A DNA stretch of 64,000 bases, from the IMG/VR virus record IMGVR_UViG_2910649936_000002, positions 66,713 through 130,712 of that record, one strand, 5' to 3'. The notes below the pieces were generated by a model that did not search any database, was not told the origin of the DNA, and saw only the letters and a list, made by a program, of their open reading frames with translations. Position numbers and translations under genes: made by a program. Positions within the stretch are counted from its first letter, which is position 1. Each line of letters begins with the position of its first letter. This document shows, in pieces, positions 29,641-39,916 of this stretch. The DNA is from a virus (Duplodnaviria; Heunggongvirae; Uroviricota; Caudoviricetes).

Positions 29641-30774
29641 ATGGCAAGAAAGAAAACAAATCAAGAATTTATTTCCGAGTTAAAAGAGAAGAATATTGGG
29701 TATATTCCATTAGAGGAATATATAAATGCAACTACAAAAATTAAATTTCGTTGTAGTAGTGGACATGTATGGAAAGCAACACCACATAACATACTAAATG
29801 GAAGAGGTTGTCCGTATTGCAATCATTCTATTAAACTTTCAAATGCAGACTTTATTACAAGATTAAAAAGAGTAACAAATACAATAATACCATTGGAAGA
29901 ATATAAATCGTTTCACGAAAAGATTCAATGTTTGTGTACGGAATGCGGAAATAAATGGATGGTTTCTCCTGCAAAACTTTTAAATAATCGTGGGTGTCCA
30001 GTTTGCTCGCGTAAAATATGTGGTAAAAATAGAATTTCAAATCATGAGGGTGATTTTTTATTAAAATTAAAGAATAACAAACCTAATATTCTTTTATTAG
30101 AAGAATACTCCGGTGTGGATCATCCAATACAATTTAAATGTAATATATGTGGTTATGAGTTTTGTACAACTCCATACAAGGTATTAAAATCAAAATATGG
30201 TTGTAAAAATTGTCATAACAATTTCATGAAAATTTCAAATAACGATTTCAAAACTAGGCTCTCTATAGTTCTTCCCGATATTATTCCTATTGATGATTAT
30301 ATTAATTTTCATACAAAAATCAAATATTATTGTAAAAATTGTGGAGAATTTCATTATGCATCGCCAGGTAATTTATTACATGGATATGGATGTCCAACCT
30401 GCAATGCATCAAAAGGTGAAAAACGATGTAAATCAGTATTAGAAAAAATTGATATTGCGTATGAACCCCAATACATTTTTCCAGATTTACTTGGGATAAG
30501 AGGCGGAAATTTGAGATTTGATTTTGGTATATTAAATCATCAATTAAATTTAATAGGACTTATAGAATATGACGGAATATTTCATTATAAGAAGCAATAT
30601 GAAAATGATGGATTTGAAAATATTAAAATACACGATGATTTAAAAGATAATTATTGCATCAATCATGGCATTCCGTTATTAAGGATTCCATATTGGGATT
30701 TTGATCGCATAGAAAAATTGATATCCGCATTTATTTTCAACATTAATAATAAACAAATTGAAAGGTGTGTTTAA
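29641..30774 (+). CDS. Free-standing homing-endonuclease-like protein (tandem zinc-ribbon repeats plus a Vsr/PD-(D/E)xK-type C domain)
   Basis: Four KI.F.C..CG…GCPxC repeats; LRFDF…IEYDGIFHY…LLRIPYWD. Confidence 0.75.
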   Translation: MARKKTNQEFISELKEKNIGYIPLEEYINATTKIKFRCSSGHVWKATPHNILNGRGCPYCNHSIKLSNADFITRLKRVTNTIIPLEEYKSFHEKIQCLCTECGNKWMVSPAKLLNNRGCPVCSRKICGKNRISNHEGDFLLKLKNNKPNILLLEEYSGVDHPIQFKCNICGYEFCTTPYKVLKSKYGCKNCHNNFMKISNNDFKTRLSIVLPDIIPIDDYINFHTKIKYYCKNCGEFHYASPGNLLHGYGCPTCNASKGEKRCKSVLEKIDIAYEPQYIFPDLLGIRGGNLRFDFGILNHQLNLIGLIEYDGIFHYKKQYENDGFENIKIHDDLKDNYCINHGIPLLRIPYWDFDRIEKLISAFIFNINNKQIERCV

Positions 30775-30775
30775 A

Positions 30776-31369
30776 ATAGAATTTACATTAAATGAAATTA
30801 TTGAATCAATAAAACCAACTGGATTGCCAGATATTGTATATTATCAATATTACAAACAGCTTATGAATAGAAAGATTGTAATTAATGAGGCAATTAGTGA
30901 TTCAATTATAGAATCAGCGGTTATTCCCTTAATTGATATGGATAATGATGGGACAGGAAAACCAATCGAAATTTACCTTGCTACTGTTGGTGGGGATATT
31001 TACTCAGGATTTAATTTGGTTGATGTTATTAAAAAAATAAAAACACCTGTTACTATACATATAATGTCAATAGCAGCTAGTATGGGATTGTTGATTGCTA
31101 TGTCTGGTCATAAGAATCCAAACGTCAAAACAGTATGTCACCCATTTAGCGTTGGACTGTTACACTCTGGTTCACAATATATGGAGGGAACTGCTCATGC
31201 TGTAAAAGATACATTTGATTTTTCACAGCATTACGAGGACAAAATTAAAGAATATATATTATCACATTCAAATATTGATGAATATTTATATGAAAAAATT
31301 GAACGCAAAGAATACTGGATGGATGCAGATGAAATGAAAAAGCTTGGCATAGTTGATGAGATTATTTAG
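30776..31369 (+). CDS. clpP: ClpP-like protease (probable ATA start)
   Basis: T.GGDIYSG…AASMG (catalytic S)…LLHSG…EYWMDADE..KLGIVDEII. Confidence 0.85.
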   Translation: MEFTLNEIIESIKPTGLPDIVYYQYYKQLMNRKIVINEAISDSIIESAVIPLIDMDNDGTGKPIEIYLATVGGDIYSGFNLVDVIKKIKTPVTIHIMSIAASMGLLIAMSGHKNPNVKTVCHPFSVGLLHSGSQYMEGTAHAVKDTFDFSQHYEDKIKEYILSHSNIDEYLYEKIERKEYWMDADEMKKLGIVDEII

Positions 31370-31431
31370 GAAGAGTACTACTGCTCTTCTATTTTTGTAT
31401 TATAAATTAGTTAAAATTGGAGGAATTATAT

Positions 31432-31653
31432 TTGGCTAAATTTACAAAATCCACAACATTTAAAAATGCTGTTATTGATTTAGATGAAGAAACCATTACT
31501 GAATTTACCAAGGATGATACAAGAGTCTATAGTCTCAAAAAATTATTGAAAGATTGGGATGGTGTTGAAGGGATTTCTATTACAATTAAACAAGATGACG
31601 AAATTCCTGAAGATAGCTTCTACGACGATGATAATAATGGGTATGATGAATAG
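31432..31653 (+). CDS. YonK-like protein
   Basis: FKNA.ID…ITE.TKD…YSL..LL.DWDGVEGISITI; SPbeta synteny. Confidence 0.7.
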   Translation: MAKFTKSTTFKNAVIDLDEETITEFTKDDTRVYSLKKLLKDWDGVEGISITIKQDDEIPEDSFYDDDNNGYDE

Positions 31654-31666
31654 GCGGTGATTTATT

Positions 31667-32872
31667 ATAGATATCAATAGATTGCCAAATGAAAACGAGG
31701 AACAATATATATGGCGAATCGGACAAGCAAAAGATTCCGGATTATTAGATATGGATTGGAATGAAATAGCTAATATCATTAATAAAGAATTTAGAACGGA
31801 TGAAACCGAATACCGCACAGAAGCAGCTTATAGAAAGCCGTATCAACAGACAAAACGCTTTTACGAAGCAGGCATATTCAATAAATTGAATGAAGACGCA
31901 TATTTCAAAGAGTTGCAACTTCAGAAGCAAGATTTAGAAAAAGAACGTGTTAAAACTCGTGATGAGCGTAATGAATTACGGCGTATTATCAGAGAAGAAG
32001 CTCGGAAAGAAAGTTACAAAGAGCAAATATTGCGTAGTATATCAGAATACCATGGTATACCACTAGATTATGATAAAAACAAGCAATTTACAGGTATATT
32101 AAAAACTGACAATGATTTAATTATTTCTTGTACAGACATTCATGCAGGTATAGAAATAGATAACTATTTTAATAAATTTAATGAAAATGTATTGAAAGAT
32201 AGATTTAATCAGTATCTTGATAAAATCTTTGAGATTCAATTACGTCATGGTTCAGAAAATGCTTATGTAATTCTTTCCGAATTAGTAAGCGGAATTATCC
32301 ATAACACTCTTCGTATAGAGAATAATCAAAATCTAATTGAACAATTTCTTTGTGTTACAAATTATATTGCAGAATTTTTATCTGAACTGAGTTATAGATT
32401 TAATACAGTAAATGCATATATTTGTCCCGGAAATCACTCTCGCATTTCTCCCAAGAAAGAAGATTCATTAAAAGGTGAAAATATCGATCATCTTGCTCTT
32501 CCATTTTTAGAGGCAAAGTTACAAAATTTTAAAAATATACTTTTTAATCGAAATACAATTGAAGAGTCTATCGCAATGTTTTCAGTAAGAAATAGCATTG
32601 TAATGGCAAGTCACGGTGATAAAGATTCTCCGAGCAATGTAGTGCAAAAATTCACATTACTGTTTGGTATTCGTCCAGATATTGTTTATCTTGGGCATAG
32701 ACATACAAATGGATTAACCACTGTATATAATTGTAAAGTTATTCAAAGCGGATGTATGTCTGGAATAGACAACTACTGTTTGGATCGCAGGCTATACGAT
32801 AAGCCCCAACAAACAATATCGGTTGTTACAGAAAGAGGATTGGATTGTTTATATGATGTGAAGTTTAATTGA
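31667..32872 (+). CDS. YonJ-like metallophosphoesterase
   Basis: TDIHAG, PGNHSR, SHGD and LGHRH calcineurin-like motifs. Confidence 0.8.
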   Translation: MDINRLPNENEEQYIWRIGQAKDSGLLDMDWNEIANIINKEFRTDETEYRTEAAYRKPYQQTKRFYEAGIFNKLNEDAYFKELQLQKQDLEKERVKTRDERNELRRIIREEARKESYKEQILRSISEYHGIPLDYDKNKQFTGILKTDNDLIISCTDIHAGIEIDNYFNKFNENVLKDRFNQYLDKIFEIQLRHGSENAYVILSELVSGIIHNTLRIENNQNLIEQFLCVTNYIAEFLSELSYRFNTVNAYICPGNHSRISPKKEDSLKGENIDHLALPFLEAKLQNFKNILFNRNTIEESIAMFSVRNSIVMASHGDKDSPSNVVQKFTLLFGIRPDIVYLGHRHTNGLTTVYNCKVIQSGCMSGIDNYCLDRRLYDKPQQTISVVTERGLDCLYDVKFN

Positions 32873-32990
32873 TGAATACAGAATAAACAGACAAAGAACG
32901 GCTCATTGGTTTATCAAGAAAAATAGAATCAAAATTGACGAGAGTTTGATTCCAACTTCAGGATAAACAAGTTTTATCTACCTATCGGCT

Positions 32991-33111
32991 AGGCAGACTA
33001 CGCCAATGCTCATTAACGTGTTCCCACTTATTCAGTCGGAAACGCCAATAAGCATTAACGTGTACAGGTCTTTTAATCGAGTACATATTAGACATGCAAC
33101 ATCACCTGCCT
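32991..33111 (+). ncRNA. Candidate structured RNA with two repeated hairpins
   Basis: acgccaat-NNN-cattaacgtgt at 33000 and 33042, enclosed by aggcag/ctgcct. Confidence 0.4.
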
Positions 33112-33381
33112 TTCTTAAAGAATATTTTCATATCTTTTTGGAAAGACCAATGAGCCAGACTATTGTGGTATGAATCCACGATTATTATATTAACATAATA
33201 GTTTTTTATCGTAAATGATTATAACACCCATATAACACTTATTCCCAGGATTATATCAAACTCTTAAATTACTGTTCGATTTTGGTATGTGGGTGTTAAA
33301 ATATAATTTTTATCTGGAGAATAGTTTTTTTACTCTCCTATTTTCATATTGTAAAAATTTAGTTGAAATGAGGATTTTATT

Positions 33382-33993
33382 TTGAAAAGAATTATTTTTG
33401 AAGATGCATATAATTTTGCTGATCGTGTGCATGACGATTATACTTTAAATGATTATGATGATGTGTTGGTCGTAGCGAAATATGATAAGGCAAAAGAAGT
33501 TTTAAGGGAATTAGTACATTACGGTCATGATATTGAGTTTGCCGAATTCTATGATTCAGACTGGAATGGGTATGATAAAGAATTCTATCTATATCTTAGC
33601 GATGAAGGAATAAGTATCTCTCCTGCCTTCGGTTTTAAGAAGGATGGCTATAGCAAAGATACATATCTTATAATAGGTGCGGACAAAACCTATATTCATG
33701 AAGACTGTAACAGTGCAATAATTAAATATATTGATTGCGACGATATCGTAGAATTTGGATATCAAGATAACGAGATTGATAATAATTCAGGCGATACTAC
33801 TGAAAATGATTGTATAGTTGATACGGTCAGTACAATAATATATAAAACGGATGATGGTGTTATTCACGGATTTTCTCGCTCATGGAATAATACAGATGAA
33901 AACGCGAATTTCTACCACCCTTCTGTCACGTATTTCAATGATAATATTGATGAGTTAAAAGAAATAATGGATTTATTTGGTATTCAAATTTAG
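33382..33993 (+). CDS. Acidic phage hypothetical protein
   Basis: SD gagga; long ORF. Confidence 0.75.
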   Translation: MKRIIFEDAYNFADRVHDDYTLNDYDDVLVVAKYDKAKEVLRELVHYGHDIEFAEFYDSDWNGYDKEFYLYLSDEGISISPAFGFKKDGYSKDTYLIIGADKTYIHEDCNSAIIKYIDCDDIVEFGYQDNEIDNNSGDTTENDCIVDTVSTIIYKTDDGVIHGFSRSWNNTDENANFYHPSVTYFNDNIDELKEIMDLFGIQI

Positions 33994-34068
33994 ATAAGAT
34001 AGCTGTGGTCTATGTGTGCAATACATATAGACCATTTTTTACTTGATATGGAAGGAAGTGAGAAATAG

Positions 34069-35022
34069 ATGGCAGAACGCAGCAAGCGTATTAAGTTATA
34101 CGATTCGGACAAAGTAAAAGATATTAATCCGGAAACATTAAAGTTATTTCAAAAATATCAAATAGATATGTCTATCAGGGATTTATCAGAAAATAGTATT
34201 AAACAATATAATTCAGATCTAATGCAATGGTTTATATATATGCATGACAATCAATTCAATTTGTCGGTATTAGAAGCAACAGACGAAGATATTGAAGAAT
34301 ATTATTATTTTCGTAAACAACAAGGCAACAATGTTAATCGTCAAAAACGTATCATGTCTTCTATTTCTGCTTTTTACAAATTCCTTCGTAAAAAGAAAAT
34401 AATTAAGGAGTCCCCTGTTGAATTTATTGATAGACCAAAGCAAGGACAATCTGTTGTTAAGCAAACTTTTTTGACTTTAGACCAAGTAAGTATGCTTCGA
34501 GAAAAATTAATTGAATATGGCGATATTCAATTAATAACTTATATCTTCTTTGGGCTTTCTACAATGGCAAGAGTTAATGCAATGGCTCATTTACGTTGGG
34601 AACAAATAAATTTTGATGAGAGAATGTGTATTGATGTTTTAGAAAAAGAAGGAAAAATTGTTGATCTATATTTCTCCGAGCAAGTTTCTGAATTGCTACA
34701 GAAACTAAAGCAGTTTCGTTCCGATAATAATATTAATGATTATGGATGGGTATTTATTACACCATATGTTACAGAAGAAAAATGTATATCAAACGGGACA
34801 TTAAATGACTGGTGCAAAAAGGCCGGCGAAATGATTGGTATTCCTACACTTCACAATCATGATCTTAGGCATTCTGGAAGCAATATTTTAAAAGAATTGG
34901 GGATGGAGGTTGAAGACATAGCCGAACTGCTACATCATGAATCTACAGAAACAACAATCAAGCATTATCTTACTAAGAATAAAAAGAAAATAAAAGAGAA
35001 TAAAGACAAGTTCTCATTTTAA
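34069..35022 (+). CDS. XerC/D-like tyrosine recombinase
   Basis: STMARVNA (R), HNHDLRHS (HxxR), LLHH, and TIKHY (Y). Confidence 0.9.
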   Translation: MAERSKRIKLYDSDKVKDINPETLKLFQKYQIDMSIRDLSENSIKQYNSDLMQWFIYMHDNQFNLSVLEATDEDIEEYYYFRKQQGNNVNRQKRIMSSISAFYKFLRKKKIIKESPVEFIDRPKQGQSVVKQTFLTLDQVSMLREKLIEYGDIQLITYIFFGLSTMARVNAMAHLRWEQINFDERMCIDVLEKEGKIVDLYFSEQVSELLQKLKQFRSDNNINDYGWVFITPYVTEEKCISNGTLNDWCKKAGEMIGIPTLHNHDLRHSGSNILKELGMEVEDIAELLHHESTETTIKHYLTKNKKKIKENKDKFSF

Positions 35023-35086
35023 AAGAAGCTAATCAGAAATCCAATTTAGTTTACTGTATCGGAAGTTCGCGAAATACATATTGACT

Positions 35087-35172
35087 GGAGAGGTATCGAA
35101 GTGGTCATAACGAGGCGGTCTTGAAAACCGTTTGTCCGCAAGGGCGCGTGGGTTCGAATCCCACCCTCTCCG
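35087..35172 (+). tRNA. tRNA-Ser(UGA)
   Basis: Canonical cloverleaf GGAGAGG/CCTCTCC, GCGGT-CTTGAAA-ACCGT. Confidence 0.93.
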
Positions 35173-35253
35173 CTTCTTTTTTAGAAAATAAATTACAGAA
35201 AGAAGGGCTGATTTATTCATATTCAAGATAGAGAAACAAGAATTAGAGAATCT

Positions 35254-36222
35254 ATGAATTCTCCCAAAGTGATTGATGAATCTGTAGAGTTTAAAATTCC
35301 AAGAGCACTACAGCAATTTAATCCTCAAAACCCAAAGCATAAATTCAAATGTACTTGTTGTGGAAAAGGATTTAGTGTACAAAAGGGAAATTTTCAAAAA
35401 TCTAATAGTCCACTATTTCAATCAAATGATGGATTTCTACCATGGTGTAAGGAATGCACAGATAAATATGTAAATATATTAACAGCCTTTTACTCTGGGA
35501 ATGAAGAACATGCAATTGGTCATTTCTGTCAACAGGCAGATTGGGTGTATGAATTAGAAGTTCTAAAAATGGCAAAAGAAATATCTGGGGATAGAAGTCG
35601 AATATCGCATTATGCTGCTAAAAAGAACCTCAATGTTGATGGAAGAAAGACATATTGTGATAGCATAAAATATAATTACAAACTGAATCAATATAATATC
35701 ATTCAATCTAAAGAACAGGTGAAATCAGAAAATTATTCTGTATCAGGAGCAGCCGTTGATAGATGGGGTGTTGGTTTTACTGAAATTGATTATAAAAACC
35801 TTGATGACCATTATCGTATGCTAAAAAATAATAATCCTAATTGTGATAGTAATCAGGAGATTTTTATAAAATCTCTTTGTAATCTTAATATGCTTATGGT
35901 GCGTGCATTAAAAGACGGCGATTCTGATAAGTATGTAAAATTATCAGAGCAATACTCAAAGACATTTACCAAGGCAGGACTCAAAACTGTGGAAGAAAAA
36001 GATTCAAGTAATGATGAAACTTTTTGCATGACACTAGGTTTTATTTCAGAATATACACCTGAAGAATTTTACAAAGACAAAAAATTATATGAGGATTGGG
36101 ATAATATTGGCGAGTATATAGATAGACATATTACAAGACCTATGATTAATCTCGAAACTGGTTCAGATATCCGCGACAAAGAATTTTACGTTCCCAATGA
36201 GGATGAATATGAAGATGAATAA
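35254..36222 (+). CDS. YonG-like protein (putative terminase small subunit)
   Basis: CTCCG…LPWCKEC zinc motif; directly upstream of TerL. Confidence 0.65.
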   Translation: MNSPKVIDESVEFKIPRALQQFNPQNPKHKFKCTCCGKGFSVQKGNFQKSNSPLFQSNDGFLPWCKECTDKYVNILTAFYSGNEEHAIGHFCQQADWVYELEVLKMAKEISGDRSRISHYAAKKNLNVDGRKTYCDSIKYNYKLNQYNIIQSKEQVKSENYSVSGAAVDRWGVGFTEIDYKNLDDHYRMLKNNNPNCDSNQEIFIKSLCNLNMLMVRALKDGDSDKYVKLSEQYSKTFTKAGLKTVEEKDSSNDETFCMTLGFISEYTPEEFYKDKKLYEDWDNIGEYIDRHITRPMINLETGSDIRDKEFYVPNEDEYEDE

Positions 36223-38023
36223 ATTATCCGTGTATGCAGATGATATGCAGCTTAATTTGTATAAAAACTTTCCTTCTACCCATTTTCTCAGTAATAGTAA
36301 TAACGTTCTCCATGTATTAGCATGGGGAACTTTTTTTAGAAGAAATATGCACCGTTTTGTTATTGATTATTTAAAAATTCAATTATATGAATATCAAGCA
36401 ATTGCTATATATATGATGGGCATTTGTAATTTTATTTGTATTATAGCAAGTAGAAATGATGCAAAGTCTTTTATAGTTGCTGTATATGCAGTGGCAAGGT
36501 GTTTATTGTATAAAGGTACAAAATTTCGTATAGGGGCTTCAACTGAAAAACAGGCAAAATTAATTGTTTCCGAAAAAATTATGGACGAATTGTGTGAATG
36601 GTCTCCGATATTAAGAAGGGAAATTAAAGATTATAGTATAAGAAGTAGTGATATTTACGTAAAATTCAGAAACGGTTCTAAAATCACTGTATTTGTTGCA
36701 AATGAAAATGCAAGAGGCTTAAGAAGTAATGCTATTTGTAGAGAAGAATGTAGACAAATTAAGAAGAAGGTTGAAGATTCTGTAATTTCTCCATTTCAAA
36801 CACCTCGCAAGCCACAATATATGTTTAAACCAGAATATAAAAATAACAAGCAATTAAAAGAACAGCCTATTGATATTTACATTAGTAGTAGTTGGTATGA
36901 CGATGGAAACTGGATGTGGGATATTTCTGAACAGGCACTTAAAGCAATGAAAGAACATAAGGGTGGACTCATGCTTGCTTTTGATGAAAGCATTGCAATA
37001 AAGCATGAATTAAAAACCATTGAACAACTTATAAAAGAAAAAAAGAAACAAGACCCGGCAACATGGAAGATTGAGTTCCTTAATTTGAAAGTACGAGATT
37101 CATTGTCTTCATATTTTACATATTCTATGTTGATGAATTGTCAAGTATCTAAATATGTATTCTATCCAAGAACTACTTTGGATTATAAGTCACATAAAAA
37201 AAATAAATATTTAATTCCGAAGTTAGATAATGAAATTAGAATTATTTCAAACGACTTTGCGTTTGTCGCTGGCAACCAAAATGATAACTCTGTATATAGT
37301 TGTATACGTGGCATTCCAGAATCAATAACCTATGAAAATGAAAACCATACAGTCGAAATAAAACGCGGATATCGCAGATCTTTTTCTTATATGGAATCTA
37401 ATCAAATGGGTGATACAACATTACAAGCAATTAGAATACGCCAACTTTATGAAGATTTTGACGCAGACTATATTGTTGTTGATGCCAGATCTGGAGGTTC
37501 CCAAGTAGTTTACGCTCTACAGAAGGTTTTATATGATGAAGAGCGAGGTGTAGAATATTCTCCATTAAAGGTCATGAATAACGATGAATATGCAAAAGTG
37601 TGTTCCGATCCGAATGCACCAGCTTGTATTTATGTTATTAACGCAACTCAAGTATTAAATAGTGATATTGCTATTGCATTTCGTAAGAATCTTATTGAAA
37701 ATAAAATTGAATTTCTTGTTAGCTTAAATATAGCGCAACAAGAAATATTATCTTCTAATCAAGATTATATTAGTTCTCCAGATACAGATGTGCAAATTGA
37801 ATATGAACGTCCGTTTTTAGAGACGCAAGCAATGATCAATGAATGCGCAGAACTTCAATATGAAAAAATGCCACAAACAGGAATTATTAAAATTCATGAA
37901 CAAGGGAAAAAACGAAAAGATAGATACACTAGCTGTTCGTACGGATCGTATTTTTTCGATCAGCTAGAGCTAGATTCATTTTGTTCATCATCAGATTATG
38001 AGTACGCAACATTTATCAATTAA
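36197..38023 (+). CDS. terL: Terminase large subunit
   Basis: Walker A-like ASRNDAKS, Walker B ICREE, nuclease VVDARSGG…KDRY. Confidence 0.88.
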   Translation: MRMNMKMNKLSVYADDMQLNLYKNFPSTHFLSNSNNVLHVLAWGTFFRRNMHRFVIDYLKIQLYEYQAIAIYMMGICNFICIIASRNDAKSFIVAVYAVARCLLYKGTKFRIGASTEKQAKLIVSEKIMDELCEWSPILRREIKDYSIRSSDIYVKFRNGSKITVFVANENARGLRSNAICREECRQIKKKVEDSVISPFQTPRKPQYMFKPEYKNNKQLKEQPIDIYISSSWYDDGNWMWDISEQALKAMKEHKGGLMLAFDESIAIKHELKTIEQLIKEKKKQDPATWKIEFLNLKVRDSLSSYFTYSMLMNCQVSKYVFYPRTTLDYKSHKKNKYLIPKLDNEIRIISNDFAFVAGNQNDNSVYSCIRGIPESITYENENHTVEIKRGYRRSFSYMESNQMGDTTLQAIRIRQLYEDFDADYIVVDARSGGSQVVYALQKVLYDEERGVEYSPLKVMNNDEYAKVCSDPNAPACIYVINATQVLNSDIAIAFRKNLIENKIEFLVSLNIAQQEILSSNQDYISSPDTDVQIEYERPFLETQAMINECAELQYEKMPQTGIIKIHEQGKKRKDRYTSCSYGSYFFDQLELDSFCSSSDYEYATFIN

Positions 38024-39693
38024 TGAAAGGGGTGATACATATATCTGAAGAAATAAAAAAGAAACATGGTAGACCACAAAAAACCTCTTTATCTGAAAGC
38101 AACTTTCACTCCTCTTCTATTTCTACTGAAAGGTCAAATCAATCTAATTCAAATTACGAAGTGAACTCCTATCGGTCTTATGGCAGTATATTTGATCCGC
38201 TATTCTCATGTGGTATATACGACTATTTTTCAAAGTCGGAGCTTAACTCAGTATTTTCAGATCCCATTATGAATCATGAAACAGCAATTAGATTATCTCA
38301 TTTTGTATATACAAAAAACGGCATTGTATCAAATTCAGTTGATTATATGACGGCACTTCCCTGTCTTGACCGTATTGTGATACCAAAGTCAAAACTAAAA
38401 TTGTCTACACAAAGAAAAATAGAAAAAAACAAACAAATGATGATATCCACACTGAGATCTATTAATGATAAGCAATTTATTAGAGACGCATTATTTACTG
38501 AGATGCTTGATGGTATTGCATTTTATTATTTTGAAACTAAAGTATCAACAGCAGATAGAACAAAATTTCTGACTGATTATGAAGTTGAAAACATTGTAGA
38601 AATTAATGAAGCCGGTATAAACGCAAAAATTATTACTCTTCCTTGGAAGTATACAAAAATCGTAGGTAAAAAGAATGGGCGCTATGTGTTAGCTTTTAAT
38701 TTAAGGTATTTTGATGATTATACTGGTGAAAAACGAGAAAGAAAATTAAAAAAATATCCTGATGAAATACGTAATGCCTATAAAGAAAAACAAAACCGAA
38801 CCGGCGATTGGGTTGTATTAAATAATGACAAGACTATGTGCAAAAAGATAAAATGTAAAGATACAGAGCCTTGGGGCAGAAGTTTGATTATTGCTGCTCT
38901 TGAAGATGTGTTATATAAAGATTATTTTATAGATACAAAACGAAATGTCTTAGATGAATTAAATTCAAAGATTATTTACGAAACATTTCCCGAAGGAAAA
39001 GAAAAAGGAACCAGTGCCTTATCAAAGAAGCAACAAGAAGATCAGCACCATTTAGTTAAACAAGCTGTATTAAATAAGCAAGACAGAAAAAAAGTCAATT
39101 TCTTTAGTGTTGCGGCCGGGACCAAAATTGATTCTTTGGATGTCTCTACAGATATTTTTGATGATAAAAATGAATCAAATTTAAGTAATCAAATTTCTCT
39201 GGATCTTGGAATTTGTGCTTCACTTATTGGAGCCATGACTACAGGAAATTATGGTTCATCTCAAAGTAACTTAGAGATGATTACAGCACAATTATATACA
39301 TGGGTGTATGAATGGCAGACTGAATTAAATTATGTCATTAACAAGAATATTATTCAAGATAATAAAAACAAAGTTGAAGTTTACTACTTCCCCACTTCTT
39401 TCGTAAATCGAAAGAATTTTTTCGATATGATGAAAGGACTTTACGATGTTGGTGGTTCTCTTTCATTTCTAATTGCAAGTACAGGAGTAGATATTGATGC
39501 TTATTTATCTACGCTTGATAACGAAATCGATAATGGGTATTTTAAAAAATACCTTCCACATCTTACTAATTCAACTATATCAAAAGATGATGCAGTCACA
39601 GGACGTCCAGTAACAGATACACCTACTGAAAATACAATAAAAAGTCGTGAAAACGGCGGGAATAATATTCCAAGTCCTAGTGATAATAAGTAA
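38023..39693 (+). CDS. Portal protein (YonE-like)
   Basis: Position after TerL; PWGRSLIIAALED and NLEMI motifs. Confidence 0.8.
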   Translation: MKGVIHISEEIKKKHGRPQKTSLSESNFHSSSISTERSNQSNSNYEVNSYRSYGSIFDPLFSCGIYDYFSKSELNSVFSDPIMNHETAIRLSHFVYTKNGIVSNSVDYMTALPCLDRIVIPKSKLKLSTQRKIEKNKQMMISTLRSINDKQFIRDALFTEMLDGIAFYYFETKVSTADRTKFLTDYEVENIVEINEAGINAKIITLPWKYTKIVGKKNGRYVLAFNLRYFDDYTGEKRERKLKKYPDEIRNAYKEKQNRTGDWVVLNNDKTMCKKIKCKDTEPWGRSLIIAALEDVLYKDYFIDTKRNVLDELNSKIIYETFPEGKEKGTSALSKKQQEDQHHLVKQAVLNKQDRKKVNFFSVAAGTKIDSLDVSTDIFDDKNESNLSNQISLDLGICASLIGAMTTGNYGSSQSNLEMITAQLYTWVYEWQTELNYVINKNIIQDNKNKVEVYYFPTSFVNRKNFFDMMKGLYDVGGSLSFLIASTGVDIDAYLSTLDNEIDNGYFKKYLPHLTNSTISKDDAVTGRPVTDTPTENTIKSRENGGNNIPSPSDNK

Positions 39694-39699
39694 TTAATA

Positions 39700-39843
39700 T
39701 GAGGTTAATATTCAGGGATTGAGAATTAGAATTGCACAATAAATAATTATAACCGTAGGAACTACGGGGATAGCCTAGATAAACTTGTCTCGTTAGAGAT
39801 ATTGACTAGGAAGCCCATTGTCTAAAGCTAATGGGTGGTTCAC
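39700..39843 (+). mobile_element. IS605/tnpB remnant: last tnpB codons, omegaRNA-like scaffold and right end
   Basis: NI-QGLRI…* fragment, accgtaggaactacggggatagcc, gaagcccattgtctaaagctaatgggtggttcac. Confidence 0.75.
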
Positions 39844-39916
39844 ATATTAATAAGACAAAGAGAACCGCTTAATTGCAGTTCTTTTTTATTATATAAAAAT
39901 CAGGAAGGAGGTAACT

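Noticed and set aside
35029-35226. Minus-strand 65-aa ORF
   Set aside because: Antisense translation of tRNA-Ser (RGWDSNPR pattern).
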